This document shows, in pieces, positions 41,653-54,912 of a DNA stretch of 64,000 nt (its first letter is position 1; every line of letters starts with the position of its first letter). Below the pieces are notes generated by a model that saw nothing but the letters and a program-made list of their open reading frames with translations, ran no database searches and had not been told where the DNA came from. Source of the stretch: Octopus sinensis. Lineage: Eukaryota. The stretch is taken from the NCBI RefSeq assembly GCF_006345805.1, contig NW_021833297.1, positions 1 through 64,000 of the forward strand, in the 5' to 3' direction. Made by a program: the position numbers and the translations under genes.

Positions 41653-42963
41653 AACAACGATTATTGAGCTGTTTACTTCTGATCATTATCGAGTTTTGTC
41701 TTAAAAACCACCATTGAGCCTTTACAACCATCGCTGAATATTTACAACAATTATTGAGTCTTTACAAGTATCATTGAACCGCTTCATTATAATCACTACT
41801 GAGCCTTGTCATTACAGCCGTCACTGAGCTGTGTCTTTACAACAATCGTTGAGTTTTCACCAGCTTCATTGAGCTGTTGTTTTGTTATGATAACCACTTA
41901 CAACTACACACTTTCTTGTCATTGAAACCATCGCTGAGTTCTGTCATTAAAACCGCCATTAAACAGTTTTATTATTACGAACAGCACAAAGATGTAATAA
42001 TAAAGCCATAAAGTAACCAGAATTAAGCTGCTTTATTAGATCAACCGCCGAGATCTTTCATTGCAATCAATTGAGTTAGCGTTACAAGCACAGATTATTT
42101 GCTTTATTACAACTAACATTGATCTGTGTCATTCAAGCAACTACAAACAAAGCTACTTCATTAAAACAGGCATCAAAATATGTTATTTCATCCAATACGG
42201 ATCTCTCGTTGCAAGTATCGTTGAATTGTTTCCTTAAAAACAAAGTTCACCTGTCGCTTGGCGTAAGGTGTAGCTGTCATTATTTATTCCGCTTTTTCCA
42301 TTTCCATCTACTTTTACAGAAACCGCACATTTATATACTACATCCATTACATTACATCTGCCGTTAATTTTACAGTGGTTTTTATCCCTATAATTACATT
42401 AGACTGTTTCACTTAGAACCAATACGAGTTGTGTCGTAAAAGCGGATACAGAGGTACTGGTGCAAATACGGCTGTGCTTACAAGATGTTACAGTCATGAT
42501 TTGAAACATCATTGAGCTACTTCATGGCCCCCAATTCTTTAAAAGCCTCGCTGAACTAATTTTTAAGATCACAACTTAGCTCCGTCTTTATTGCCAACAC
42601 TGAGCAGTGATTTTACAAACATCACTAAACGAAGTCTATTATCAACACATGACACGCACACACACACACATACGCACACACACACCGACAAAGATACATA
42701 CATACGTGTATGTATGTATTTGTGTATCTGTGTTTGTCCCCCCACCATCACCTGACAACCGACGTTGGTCTGTTTACGTTCCCGTAACTTTGCCGTTCGG
42801 GAAGAGAGACCGATAGAATAAGTTCTAGGCTTACAAAAAATAAGTCCTGGGATCGATTTGTTCGTCTAGAGACGGTGCTCCAGTATAGTCGCAGTCATAT
42901 GATGATAAGTAAAATAATAAAAGTATATGTATGAATTTATATATAAATAATATAAATATACAT

Positions 42964-43181
42964 ACTCTTTTACTCTTTTACTCTTTTACTTGTTTCAGTC
43001 ATTTGACTGCGGCCATGCTGGAGCACCGCCTTCAGTCGAGCAACTAGACCCAAGGACTTATTCTTTGTAAGCCCAGTACTTATTCTATCGGTCTCTTTTG
43101 CCGAACCGCTAAGTAACGGAGACATAAACACACCGGCATCGGTTGTCAAGCAATACTAGGGAGACAAACACAGACACACAA

Positions 43182-43212
<31 letters not shown>

Positions 43213-43386
43213 CATATATACGACGGGCTTCTTTCAGTTTCCGTCTACCAAATCCACTCACAAGGCATTGATCGTCCCGGGGCTATAGTAGAAGACACTT
43301 GCCCAAGGTGCCACGCAGTGGGACTGAACCCTGAACCATGTGGTTGGTTAGCAAGCTACTTACCACACAGCCACTCCTGCGCCTAT
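42964..43386 (-). mobile_element. SINE family B, full length
   Basis: tRNA head, ccttgggcaagtgtcttc body, internal (CA)n, 3' ggcggtgctccagcatggccgcagtc and a (gagtaaaa)n tail. Confidence 0.92.
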
Positions 43387-43565
43387 GATGATAAGTAAAA
43401 TACATGTTTTATTTTATTTATTAGGGAATTAAAATTCCGGATTACAGGGGTTCAAATTATTCTCAATGAGGAAATATATATTTTTTCTGTTTAGACATAG
43501 TAGTCCCCTTCATCTCACCATATAAAAGAATTTTAATTTAATTTAATACTTACTACTCATTTCTC

Positions 43566-43659
43566 AGCTACACGTGTTTCTTGAGGTTATTTTACAGTTC
43601 CTTAAGCACGCAATGTTTTACAGGAACCTTTTTTAAAATGTAACCCCAATCATCAGGCC
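43566..43659 (-). ncRNA. Hammerhead ribozyme in the Penelope 3' pLTR
   Basis: ggc-CTGATGA-TTGGGGTTA...TAACCTCAA-GAAA-CACGTGTA^gct: 9-bp extended stem II, palindromic stem III, short stem I. Confidence 0.7.
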
Positions 43660-44549
43660 TCTAAATAAACTTTATCATAGTACGATACCAAAAACTATAT
43701 TTTAAATTTAACATATAAGTATGTGTATGTGTAAATAGGTTCGCCGGACCTTACTGCGCAAGCCATAATTTAATTCAAATAAAAAATAACAAATAAAAAA
43801 AAATACGAATAAAAAATAAAAATTTACAAAAACTAAATTCTCACGTAACTTATGTCTGTAATCATTCCTATAAAATTAATAGGAATAAATATAAAATATA
43901 TACTTGTGATGATATAATAATGAAAGCAATGACAAATAAATATATTCGAATAAAAATGAAAGCAATGACAAATAGATATTTTCGAATGACAAAAGAAAAT
44001 TTACAAATGATGCGAATGATAAAAATTAAAAATTAAAACTTTACAGAGTAGAAATATCTTAAGTGTAACGTAAAAGAAATGTCGTAAAAAATATGTACAA
44101 ACTATCGTTGACTACCATTGTCCTACTACGTAATAATTTCGGCTTGACGTCACAAGGTTCGTCGAACAACTACACTCCTACCTACTTCCTGCTTCTTTTA
44201 AACTATTACTTAATTAGCATATTAACTTAATAGTAACAATGGTCCAGGAAATAAAAAAATGCATCATGGGAGTATTACTTTTTTTAATTTCGTATTATTT
44301 CCACCCTTTGTTCACTCACACCGCACTACTATACCTCCTCACATCGAATGGTAACTTAATTTAAACTAGTACGTTCATATTAAATAATAATAGTAGTAAT
44401 AATACTTACGCTTTAAATTTAGGGCTAGACGTTAATAATTAAGCATTTCAGTCTGTTTACATTTTATTTTTCTATCCTTCTGAGCGTTTAGAAGTCCCGT
44501 TTTGGCCCATAATCTCTCCATGAATTCATGGGTACATAACAGACGTGAC

Positions 44550-44906
44550 CTATTTTCCAATTCTATACAATTTCGTTTTACTTATTATATCCCACTTCAA
44601 TCCATAATTGATTTCTTTCGACTTTAACCTCCAAACGTATTTACTTAACCCTGCCGATTTCATTAGTTTCTTATTTTTAAATGAATTCATATGCTGTGCT
44701 ATTCGTTGCTTAATTTTATTCGATGTCGACCCACTATACGTTCTATCTAGATAATTTTCAATATCCGTATTATTTATTTCGCTTTTTCCATTTCCATCTA
44801 CTTTTATTGAAACTGCACATTTATATACTACATCCATTACATTACAGTGGTTTTTATCCCTATAATTACAACTATTACGGTCTCCGACACTCCTATTCAG
44901 ATACAT
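44550..44906 (-). pseudogene. Penelope GIY-YIG endonuclease fragment (Naiad-like motif pattern)
   Basis: ORF track 118 aa; motif pattern as above. Confidence 0.8.
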
Positions 44907-46102
44907 ATTTAATTTATCCTAGTAATATTTATTCAGCCTATACTTATTTATTGATGAAATAATGTTCCCTACATTGTTAATAGTTGAATACCTCACTCCT
45001 ATATTATTTTTAGAGAATATTTCCATATATTTCTTATTTTCCTTAATAAATGATTCTATTGTATTAGTGATATCTTTAATGATATTACTTTTAACTTGAG
45101 TACCACATGGGACTATCAACCATATTATTTTATTATTATTTTTATTTATGTTTATATTATTAATCCCCGTATCTTTATTTACACAAGTCTTGTTACTATC
45201 TTCTATATTATTTAAAGTATGGTCTCCATTATGATTTTCGTTTAATTTTAAATCCTTCCCCATTAAACCAGACCTATCCTTATACTTTATACCATTTGTA
45301 TTTTTCCTGTTTTTTTATGTGTTTTATCATCTTGAATTCCATTAAATTACGGTGTGTTATCCTATTATGACTATTATACATATCATTTTTCTTTTTCTTT
45401 TTATTATTATATACATTCCTATTCTCGTCTACATTTACATTTATGTTACTCCCTATATTAACATTATTTAGGTTGTTTACATTTTTGTATTTTATATAAT
45501 TATTACTATTTATATTCTTATTATCGAATTTAATTTCTTCCTTATATCCAGCCTTCCTTAATGATTCATTTTAGTAGTCAACGTGTTTTAGAAAGCTCTC
45601 ATAATTCGAAGAGAGCATTGATATCCTTTTCCCTATGTTATCTATTAACGTTACCCTTAAGTTATTTTTACTCTGTAAATTTTTAATTTTTAATTTTTAT
45701 CATTCGTATCATTTGTAAATTTTCTTTTGCCATTCGTTCTATAGTTTTTATTCGAAAATATTTATTTGTCATTGCTTTCATTTTTATTCGAATATTTTTA
45801 TTTGTCATTGCTTTCATTATTTTATCATCACAAGCATATATTTTATTTTTATCCCTACATATTATTAATTTTATATGAATATTTACAGACATAAGTTACG
45901 TGGGAAATTTTAAATTTTTATTCGTATTTAAAAAATTTTTATTCTTAATTTTTATTCGTATTTTTTTTATTTGTTATTTTTTATTTGAATTAAATTATGG
46001 CTTGCACAGTAAGGTCCGACGAACCTATTTACACATACACATACTTATATGTTAAAATTAAAATAGAGTATTTGGTATCGAACTATGATAAAGTTATTTA
46101 GA

Positions 46103-46196
46103 GGCCTGATGATTGGGATTACATTTTAAGAAAGGTTCCTGTAAAACACTGCGTGCTTAAGGAAACATAAAAGAACCTCAAGAAACACGGGTAGCA
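46103..46196 (+). ncRNA. Hammerhead ribozyme in the inverted pLTR arm (more decayed)
   Basis: CTGATGA 46106-46112, GAAAC 46182-46186, GTA 46191-46193. Confidence 0.55.
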
Positions 46197-46335
46197 GAGA
46201 AATGAGTAGTAAGTATTAAATTAAATTAAAATTCTTTAAATATGGTGGGATGAAATAAAAAATATATACATATATATACATATATACATATACATATATA
46301 TAAGTGTGTGTGTGTGTCCATGTGCATACACACAC

Positions 46336-46447
<112 letters not shown>

Positions 46448-46744
46448 TGTGTGTGTGTGTGTGTTGTGTGTGTGTGTGCGTGTGTGTATGTGTGTGCGTG
46501 TGCGTGTGTATAAATATATTTTATAATTATAAATATAATTATAATTAGTCTAGCAAAATTGCTTCACCACATACCGAAATTTAGAAAGAGCATTTAAATA
46601 CATTTCTACTATTCTACAAGAGGCATATAAGTATATTAATGCGTGCATATATGTGTGTATGTGTATATATGCATATACATGTGTCTGCTTGTGTGTGTGT
46701 GTGTTTTCACACATGCTTTTGCGTTTTTGTATAAACTTTTATTT

Positions 46745-47098
46745 TATTTTATTCTTTTACTTGTTTCAGTCATGTGACTGTGGCCATGCTGGAGCACCGC
46801 CTTTACTCGAGCAAATCGACCCCAGGAATTATTCGTTGTAGGCCTAGTACTTATTCTATCGGTCTCTTTTGCCGAACCGCATAGTTACAGGGACGTAAAC
46901 ACACCAGCATCGGTTGTCAAGTGATGTTGGGGAGACAAAAACAGGCACACAAACATATACACACAGACATATATAAATACATATATACGACGGAGCTTCT
47001 TTCAGTTTCCGTCTACCAAATCCACTCACAAGACTTTAGTCGGCCCGAGGCTATAGTAGAAGACACGCAATGGAACTGAATCCGGAACAATGTGGTTC
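46745..47098 (-). mobile_element. SINE family B
   Basis: Reverse-complement match, internally deleted. Confidence 0.88.
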
Positions 47099-47366
47099 GT
47101 ATATTTTTTTATATATTTTCTCTTTTCTTTCTATATTCTTTTGTATATATGCTCGCAAGAAAAAATATTTTGCTATTAAAGTAACCAGTAAAACATACAT
47201 TTTTCAGTTTGAAAACGGCTCATATCAGAGTAACACACTGTAAACATTTTTAGTAAGATTAAAATAAAAATGATCCCCTCAAAAGAAGCCATCTCTACTT
47301 ATTCTTTCAAATATATATAGTATACTGAACCAAGAGCTTTCTCTTTATTATTCTAATATATATATA

Positions 47367-47410
<44 letters not shown>

Positions 47411-48177
47411 TTATATATATATATATACCCACACATAACCAACACATGCATAGTGCATATATGTTAAAGCTACGTCAGAAAAAGGATTACTTTTCTATTT
47501 CACTTGCCTTTACCACCGCTCGCGTATGTTAACTTCATGTAATATTAAGTTTTCCGAAAGGAAGGCTCTTAGTGTTCATTCGCTCCGCAAAAAATAACAG
47601 CCAAATTTCTCACAAAACCGCACGCTGTTGTCTTAGATTATAAAAGAACATAGATCAGAAATAGATTATATGCATTTACGTATGTTTGTGTGTACGTATA
47701 CATGTATGTTGTATGTATGTATGTATGTATGTATGTATGTATGTATGTATGTATGTATGTATGTATGTATGTATGTACGTATGTCTGTATGTATGTATGT
47801 ATGTATGAACGTAGGTCTGCATATATGAATTCGTATATATCTATCTATTTGTCTGTCTGCCTGTCTATTTCTCTTTATATATCTATCTTTCTATTATCTA
47901 GCTCTCAATCTCTCTTTTGTATGCATGTATGTATATACAATATCTAAGTATGTATGCATATAGGTATCTATGTAACTATCTATCTATCTATCTATCTATC
48001 TGCATAAATAGGTATCTATTTATAGATGAATCTATGTATCTATCTAGCAGTATGTGTGTGTGCGTGTGTTTATTTGTGCATGTGTGTGCAAGTGAATCAT
48101 AGATAGACTATATATGCACAAACAGTTCGTCTTGCTAATATTGTTTTATCATCATCATGATCATCATGATCATCATG

Positions 48178-48214
<37 letters not shown>

Positions 48215-48807
48215 ATACAGAAAAAAATTAAGAAAACGCCCGAAGACAACACAAAGTTCTTTCATATTATTTACTTTTATATAACTTTGAATTTTTCTTG
48301 TAAATGTTTAAAAATTATTAAATACTTCAAAGCTATTTATTTCAATATATCTTACAAAAGTATTTACCGAACACTTTTTTCATTTCTCTTTCATATTATA
48401 TATGTATATAAAGTTGATTTAGAAAAGGGACACATCAGGTTGTTTTTCAGATATTGTTCCACGTATTTTATAAAAAAAACTAATGCGCGTAGATATATTT
48501 AGATTAAAATACTTTTATATATATTATGGCAATTATATTGGTGTATTTTTTAATTCTTTTTATCTCTGTTTTCGTTTTTAATTATTGACGCTCAAGCTTG
48601 AAAACATAAATATATTTAAATCCAGTCTTTTGTTGGATCTATGAATCTTCATATATCAAAAATTACACTGTAGAAGTTCTTACTGACAAACAAAGGATTT
48701 TTATAATATTATTATGGGTAACAATCGAAAGAATTACATGTAATTTGTGTTTAATATTTATTATTTATTATATTATATTATTATGAGAATATAATATAGT
48801 GTTATAT

Positions 48808-48993
48808 AGGGTGAGTTTACGAGAAAAACAAAAGACGAAGACAGGAGGTGTGCAAAACAAACAGATGTATTAGTATAACGCTCAGTAATAGGAAAAATAT
48901 TTTACGTTTCGAGCCTACGCTCTTCTACAGAAAGGTACACAGAAAAAAACAAGGAGAGAAAAAATGTGTGTAGTGGCTAACGATCTATCATGG
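48808..48993 (-). repeat. Family F pLTR-like element
   Basis: Homologous to 57352-57541; contains CTGTAGAA-GAGC-gtag-GCTC-GAAACGT on the minus strand. Confidence 0.7.
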
Positions 48994-49100
48994 AGTCTAT
49001 AATATAGTATTGTAGTTCTATATTTAAGAAATGAGGGATTATGTGCATTATTTACATTATTTAATTTGACGGATATTTGTCCTCATCTTGTTTGTAGTTA

Positions 49101-49144
49101 ACGCAACGTTTCGGCTGATGTACCCTCCAGCCTTCATCAGGTGT
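49101..49144 (-). ncRNA. Minimal hammerhead variant (Penelope-type, palindromic stem III)
   Basis: acac-CTGATGAA-GGCTG-gagggtacat-CAGCC-GAAACGTT-gcgt. Confidence 0.65.
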
Positions 49145-49302
49145 GTTGGGGAAATTTCGAACCTGTGATACATGTGCCTCGTGTACCCTTATCAGACAGG
49201 GTAGTCATGATGTGTAAATTGAGCTTCGTGTATTTGTACCCTAGCGTCATTTTGATGGCAAGCGATACTCTCTAACTAAAAAAAAAAAAAATAATAATAA
49301 TA

Positions 49303-49361
<59 letters not shown>

Positions 49362-49375
49362 CATCATCATCATCA

Positions 49376-49426
<51 letters not shown>

Positions 49427-49444
49427 TATTATTATTATTATTGT

Positions 49445-49990
49445 CATTGAGTGAAAGAGCAGTGCATGCCATCAAAGTGACACTGGGGTAAAATATACGA
49501 AGCCCAGTATACCCAACTTGACTACCCGTCTGATAAGGGTAAACTAGGCACATGCATTATAACCGTATGTGCGCGACATGGTGATCTCATATCAAGATAA
49601 ACAGCACATGACCTTACAGGTGGGGCCCAGCTAGAATTTTCTTTTCGTTGAATAACCCATCCCGCTCAAAAGGTCCCTGAATAATGGTTCTTTAAGGATG
49701 TTGAACGAAACACCCATGTTTCCAGAGGTGAATTATTCAAACCCCAAAGAATTCCCTCTCAACACACAGCTATGATGCTCCCCACTACTTCTGCTCGTGA
49801 TCAAAGATGCACATATCGTCAGTCACTAAGGGACATGCTCAACTGGTTAAGGTCAAACAACTGACAAGCAAATCTGTGGTATTGAGCAGAATATTTGCTG
49901 TATCCGATCTTTTATACCAAGACAATACAATGTACATGATCAGCTAAGATCAGAAGCAACGAGAACCACTGCCTGGTACTGCATCGGGGC

Positions 49991-49995
<5 letters not shown>
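49445..49995. repeat. ~550-bp interspersed repeat (family D) inserted in (ATT)n
   Basis: Second copy at 56470-56925, also in (ATT)n; inverted ~105-bp fragment at 49168-49272. Confidence 0.85.
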
Positions 49996-50046
<51 letters not shown>

Positions 50047-50066
50047 TATATTATTATTATTATTAT

Positions 50067-50105
<39 letters not shown>

Positions 50106-50120
50106 TATTATTATATATTA

Positions 50121-50168
<48 letters not shown>

Positions 50169-50197
50169 CATCATCATTATTATTATTATTATTATCA

Positions 50198-50228
<31 letters not shown>

Positions 50229-50748
50229 AAATAATGAGAAGAATGAGGAAAAGAAGAATAAAGTTGACAATGAAGAATTAAAAGTTGGTGATGATGATGA
50301 TGAGGAAGAGAAGGAGGAGTAGGAGGAAATGAGTGCGCTCTTCGCAATATGATTAATTTTCAGCAGAGTGATTATGAAGGGTTGTAAGGAGTTGTAAGGG
50401 ACGGGTTATCATTGGCATGTAAGCACTGGAGTGTACAAGAAGTTAATGGACGATAATGAGGTGATAATGAGGTGATAAAGATGTGATAACGAGGAGGTAA
50501 TGAGGCGAAACGGATACGTTAATTAATTTTGCCACAATCAATAAATACTATGTGGTTCACTTTGTTATTGCTGACCAATTTCCGTGTAGGGGTACAAAAC
50601 AACAAGGAAGAATAAAGGTTTCTTGACCAGTGCATGTATTACTTCAGTCTGGCCTATCCTTAATGCATCATGGCTGATGTCTCGTAGCGTGGTGCATTTA
50701 GGGGTATTGTATGTCAAACATGCATGTATATATATGTGTGTTTAAATA

Positions 50749-51568
50749 TACGTTGTCTGATCAATAAGTATTCGGACTGTTACCATAGTAACGAGCTAAA
50801 GTGCGCTCTAATTTTTAAAATTTTAGCTTATTTCTACTGTCTACTACTTGAAGTGCTTGGAAGGAAGGTGTGTAGCGTGTGATCGTCGCACTGATCACAA
50901 CAGAGTAGGTTGAGTTGAGAAACTGCATCAAATTTTGCCAAAAGCTTGATGATATCTGCTCAGAGGCCTTCGCAAGGTTTTCAAAAAGTTTTCATCGTTC
51001 TCACTGCAGTCAAGGAGATCTTGGGCAATAGAAACCCGAGGGCCTTTTGGGCCAGCTGAAAGCAGCATTGGCACAAATTTTATAGACACACGTCTCATAC
51101 CCAAATCTTCAGTAATAATGGACTGCACTGAACCATAACTAATCTGCACATCCCCTGATAACTCACGAATGGTGATTCGACCATTTTCCCTCATAGTTGC
51201 ACGCATATCAGTGATGTTTTTTTCTCAGTTCTACTGGTTGTGGGTCTTCTACTACGTTCGTGAATATCGACATTTTTTCGGCCCTTTTGGAAACGTCTGA
51301 ACCAATCGTACACTTGAGTGCAGCTTATACGCTTCTCCCCATACACTTTCTGCAACTTTGCGTAGGCCTCTGAGCGGTTATCACCTCGACAACTTTCTCT
51401 GTCCTGATCAATACGACGATCACACGCAGCACACCTTACTTCCAAGCACTACTTTAAACGTCGGAAGTGAGCTAGAACGTCATAACTTAGTGCACATGCA
51501 CAGTAGAGTTTCAGGTCAATATGTGCTGAGCGGCTTCACTCTGCGTGCATTAGCTTTGTTGCTATATA
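50749..51568 (-). mobile_element. Rearranged mariner derivative (two 5' halves in inverted orientation)
   Basis: The minus strand encodes mariner N-terminal HTH pieces (KLQKVYG...[12 protein letters not shown]; RITIRELS...LGMRRVSIKFVP). The plus-strand arm 50749-50976 repeats the same 5' region. Another fragment lies at 53935-54040. Confidence 0.8.
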
Positions 51569-51638
51569 TGTCTATGTGTACAGACAAACACACACACATA
51601 TACATGCGCATATATATATATATATATATATACACACA

Positions 51639-51703
<65 letters not shown>

Positions 51704-51742
51704 CATATATATATATACATATATATGTATATGTATATATAT

Positions 51743-51775
<33 letters not shown>

Positions 51776-51891
51776 CATATATATGTATATATATATATAT
51801 ACACACACACATATATATATATATATATACATATATATGTATATATATATACACACACACACATATTATATATATATATAACATATATATG

Positions 51892-51927
<36 letters not shown>

Positions 51928-51967
51928 TTATATATATATACATATATATGTATATGTATATATATAT

Positions 51968-52037
<70 letters not shown>

Positions 52038-52429
52038 TATGTATATGTATATATATATAAAAAACATATACACGCACTCATACACACATACAATCACACA
52101 AACACTCAAACTCGCACACAACACACACATGCATACACATTGCTTTTTCTTGATATCAAGACTTCTAGTGAAGGTGCTGAGGTACCACTACGATATGAGA
52201 CGTACCATAGGGATTTAAACTTGACGGAGATCATCCATCTCCAGATCTGGTGACAGCCTATCTGTTCTTCTTTTCCTCTTTTTATTCTTTTTCTTTTCTT
52301 CTTCTTCTTCTTCTTCTTCTTGTTCTTCTTCTTCTTCAAGAGAGAGAGAGAGAGAGAGAGAAGGGAGAGAAAGTTGGGGAGAGTATTAGAAAGAAAAGTT
52401 GTTGTTGTTGTTGTTGTTGTTTGTTCCTT

Positions 52430-52722
52430 CTCGAGTCATGCCTGGCTCATAAGGGCCGGTTTCCCGGTTTCCTTGGCGTATAGGTTCCCCCCACCTGGAC
52501 GGGACGCCGGTCCGTCGCAGGTGAGCTGCAAGTTGCAGGAGGAAAGAGTGAGAGAAAGTTGTGGCGAAAAAGTCAGCAGAAGTTTCGCCATTACCTTCTG
52601 CCGGAGCCGCGTGGAGCTTAGTTGTTTCGCTCTAAAACACATACATCACCCGGTCTGAGATTCGAACCCACGATTCCTCGACTGCGAATCCGCTGCTCTA
52701 ACCACTAGGCCATATTCCTCCA
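52430..52722 (-). mobile_element. SINE family C variant with a different 3' half
   Basis: tRNA head (tggcctagtgg/ggttcgaatc) and shared middle; the 3' part resembles 19400-19495. Confidence 0.8.
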
Positions 52723-53048
52723 CCAGAAAGAAAAGTGGAGAGCAATAGTTTATGTCCATGCACAGGATTGGTGCTTTAGTGATCTACCCGAAGTTTCTGT
52801 GTAGCCACGTTTTCAGTTATCGTAGGTATTCTAACTCATAATTTTCAACCACTACCAACGGCGGGCCGTTTGGCATTTGAGCGTATTCTTTGACGATCAC
52901 TGCTTTCATTTCATTTACCGCTCTCGATTTTTGCAGGGTAAGCCAATAGTTGTTAAAGAAATGAAAACAGATATCGAATAGGAATGAAGCCAAATACAAA
53001 TTGGGAGAATACGTGTTATTTGCGATTCCTCTTTTGAGCAGTGTGATG

Positions 53049-53097
<49 letters not shown>

Positions 53098-53728
53098 TGA
53101 TGATGATTTCAAATTTTTGCCACAAGGGCTGATTGGGCGAAGGGTTTAACTTGATTACATCGACGCTGGTTCGTAACGGTGCTTATTGAATAAGTACCCC
53201 GAAAGGATGGAAAGCAAGGTCGACTTCGGCGGAATTTGAACTCAGAATATGCAGGCGGACAAAATATCGCTAAGCATTTTGTCCGGTATGCTAACAATCC
53301 TACAAATTTGCTGTCTTAATGAAGCTTAAATATATCCTAATATATAAACTGGTACTTTGACATTTACTAGGGCAATCAACGGAACAGCCTGCTCGATAAA
53401 AAATTAACGTGCAACTGGCTGATAATTCTACAGATACGCGTTCCATTCACATAGTTCTCAGGGAGATTCAGCATGACACTGACATACTGACAAGGCTGGC
53501 CCTTTGAAATACAGATACGACTCGATTTTACCAGCTGAGTGGTCTGAAGCAACGTGAAATAGAATGTCTTACGCAAGGATACAACGCGCTGTTGGGAGTC
53601 GAACTCGTGAATCGGCTACTCTAACCACAAAGCCACGCGCCTTCACTGTATTGTCTACGCTATTCATATACATACCACCAGCCTCTCCTAGTCATTTCTT
53701 TCAGGTCATTTCATTTTAAGGTGTCCTT

Positions 53729-53766
<38 letters not shown>

Positions 53767-54136
53767 TGTGTGTGTGCGTGTATGTGTGTGTGTGCGTTAG
53801 CGTGTGTGTGTGTGTGTGTGCTTTAAAAATGTATTTTTCTTTATTTCAATAATTTGCAGGCGAGAAACTGAGTCGATATCATCGACCACAAAATTTGATT
53901 TTCTTTATTTTATCGAACCAGAAATATTGAAAGAAATTTGCGTAGGCCTCTGAGCAGTTATCACCTTGACAACTTTCTCTGTCCTGGTCAATACGACGAT
54001 CACACGCTACACACCTTCTTCCAAGCACCGCTTTAAACGGCAGCAATTTGAACTCAATTTGAACTCGGTGCAATTTGAACTCAAAATCTAAGGATTCGGA
54101 ATAAATATCCTGAAGCAATTTTACGACGCTCTAGTG

Positions 54137-54356
54137 CAGTGCTTTTCAAACTTTTTGCTGGAGCGGAAACCCCAAGGAAACATTCCACTGGCTCGAGGAA
54201 CCCCTGTGTAATAATTTAATTGTCTTATGCAAATATATCTGCACAGGAGAATTAAAAATTACTGCCGATTTTAGCAGTTTTGTAACTTCTTGCGGAACCC
54301 CTGGACAGTACTGGCGGAACCCTAATGTTCAGCGGAACCCTGGTTGAAAACCACTG
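54137..54356. mobile_element. hAT (Charlie-like) MITE
   Basis: TIRs cagtgcttttcaa/ttgaaaaccactg; perfect 8-bp TSD ctctagtg (54129-54136, 54357-54364); subterminal gcggaaccc repeats. Confidence 0.93.
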
Positions 54357-54766
54357 CTCTAGTGACTCATTGTGCTTCCTGTCTTCATATACTAGCACTT
54401 TGCATGGTGGATTGTATCATTCATATCGACTTTTCTCCTAACACAGCCATAATCCAATATTTGAAACCGTATTAAAAATAATAGAAAAATCATAACTAAA
54501 TAATACTTCCAGATGTTGACACAAGACCAGCAACTTCGGAGTAGGAGATAAGTTGATTACATCGACAATAGTACTCAACTGGTACTTATTTAATTAACCC
54601 CGAAAATATGAAAAGTAAAGTCAACCTTGGCGGAATATGAATTCAGAATAGAGCGACGGCGAAATGGCGCTAAACACTTTACCCTGCGCAAAAACGATTC
54701 TGTCAACTCGCCGCCTTATAAATTATAGTAGAATAATAAAAACAAAGACCATATTTGTTTAACGGC

Positions 54767-54772
54767 TTTATT
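54767..54772 (-). terminator. Putative poly(A) signal AATAAA of the distal terminal exon
   Basis: Conserved in the paralogous 3' UTR (55938-55943); a second conserved AATAAA lies at 54810-54815. Confidence 0.6.
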
Positions 54773-54912
54773 TCATTCCGTGTCTACCTTTTCTTTAAAG
54801 ATATGCATGTTTATTGATTTTCTTTATATCTTCTTTGTATCCCAAGCACCAGATGAGAGCGACTGTAGAAACACGGTAGTCTGCGTTAAAGAGAGGTCGC
54901 TTCATGTAACGT

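Larger units (their letters stand above)
43509..46254 (-). mobile_element. Penelope-like retroelement remnant with ~570-600-bp inverted terminal arms
   Basis: Minus-strand ORF pieces encode the linker and GIY-YIG endonuclease (VVYKC...YSGST...KQRIAQHMNSF...LSKYVWRLK...KWDII, then LLC/LLN/KCK after a frameshift). 43509-44072 is inverted relative to 45646-46254. Confidence 0.85.

Noticed and set aside
44120-44175. Minus-strand tcgacgaa-ccttg...caagc-cgaaa hammerhead-like motif
   Set aside because: Core and stems are too degenerate to call.
52817-52960. Third terminal exon of the peptide gene (…EMKAVIVKEYAQMPNGPP…)
   Set aside because: No homology to exons 2a/2b and no good phase-1 acceptor (tttaacaa rather than tttaacag).
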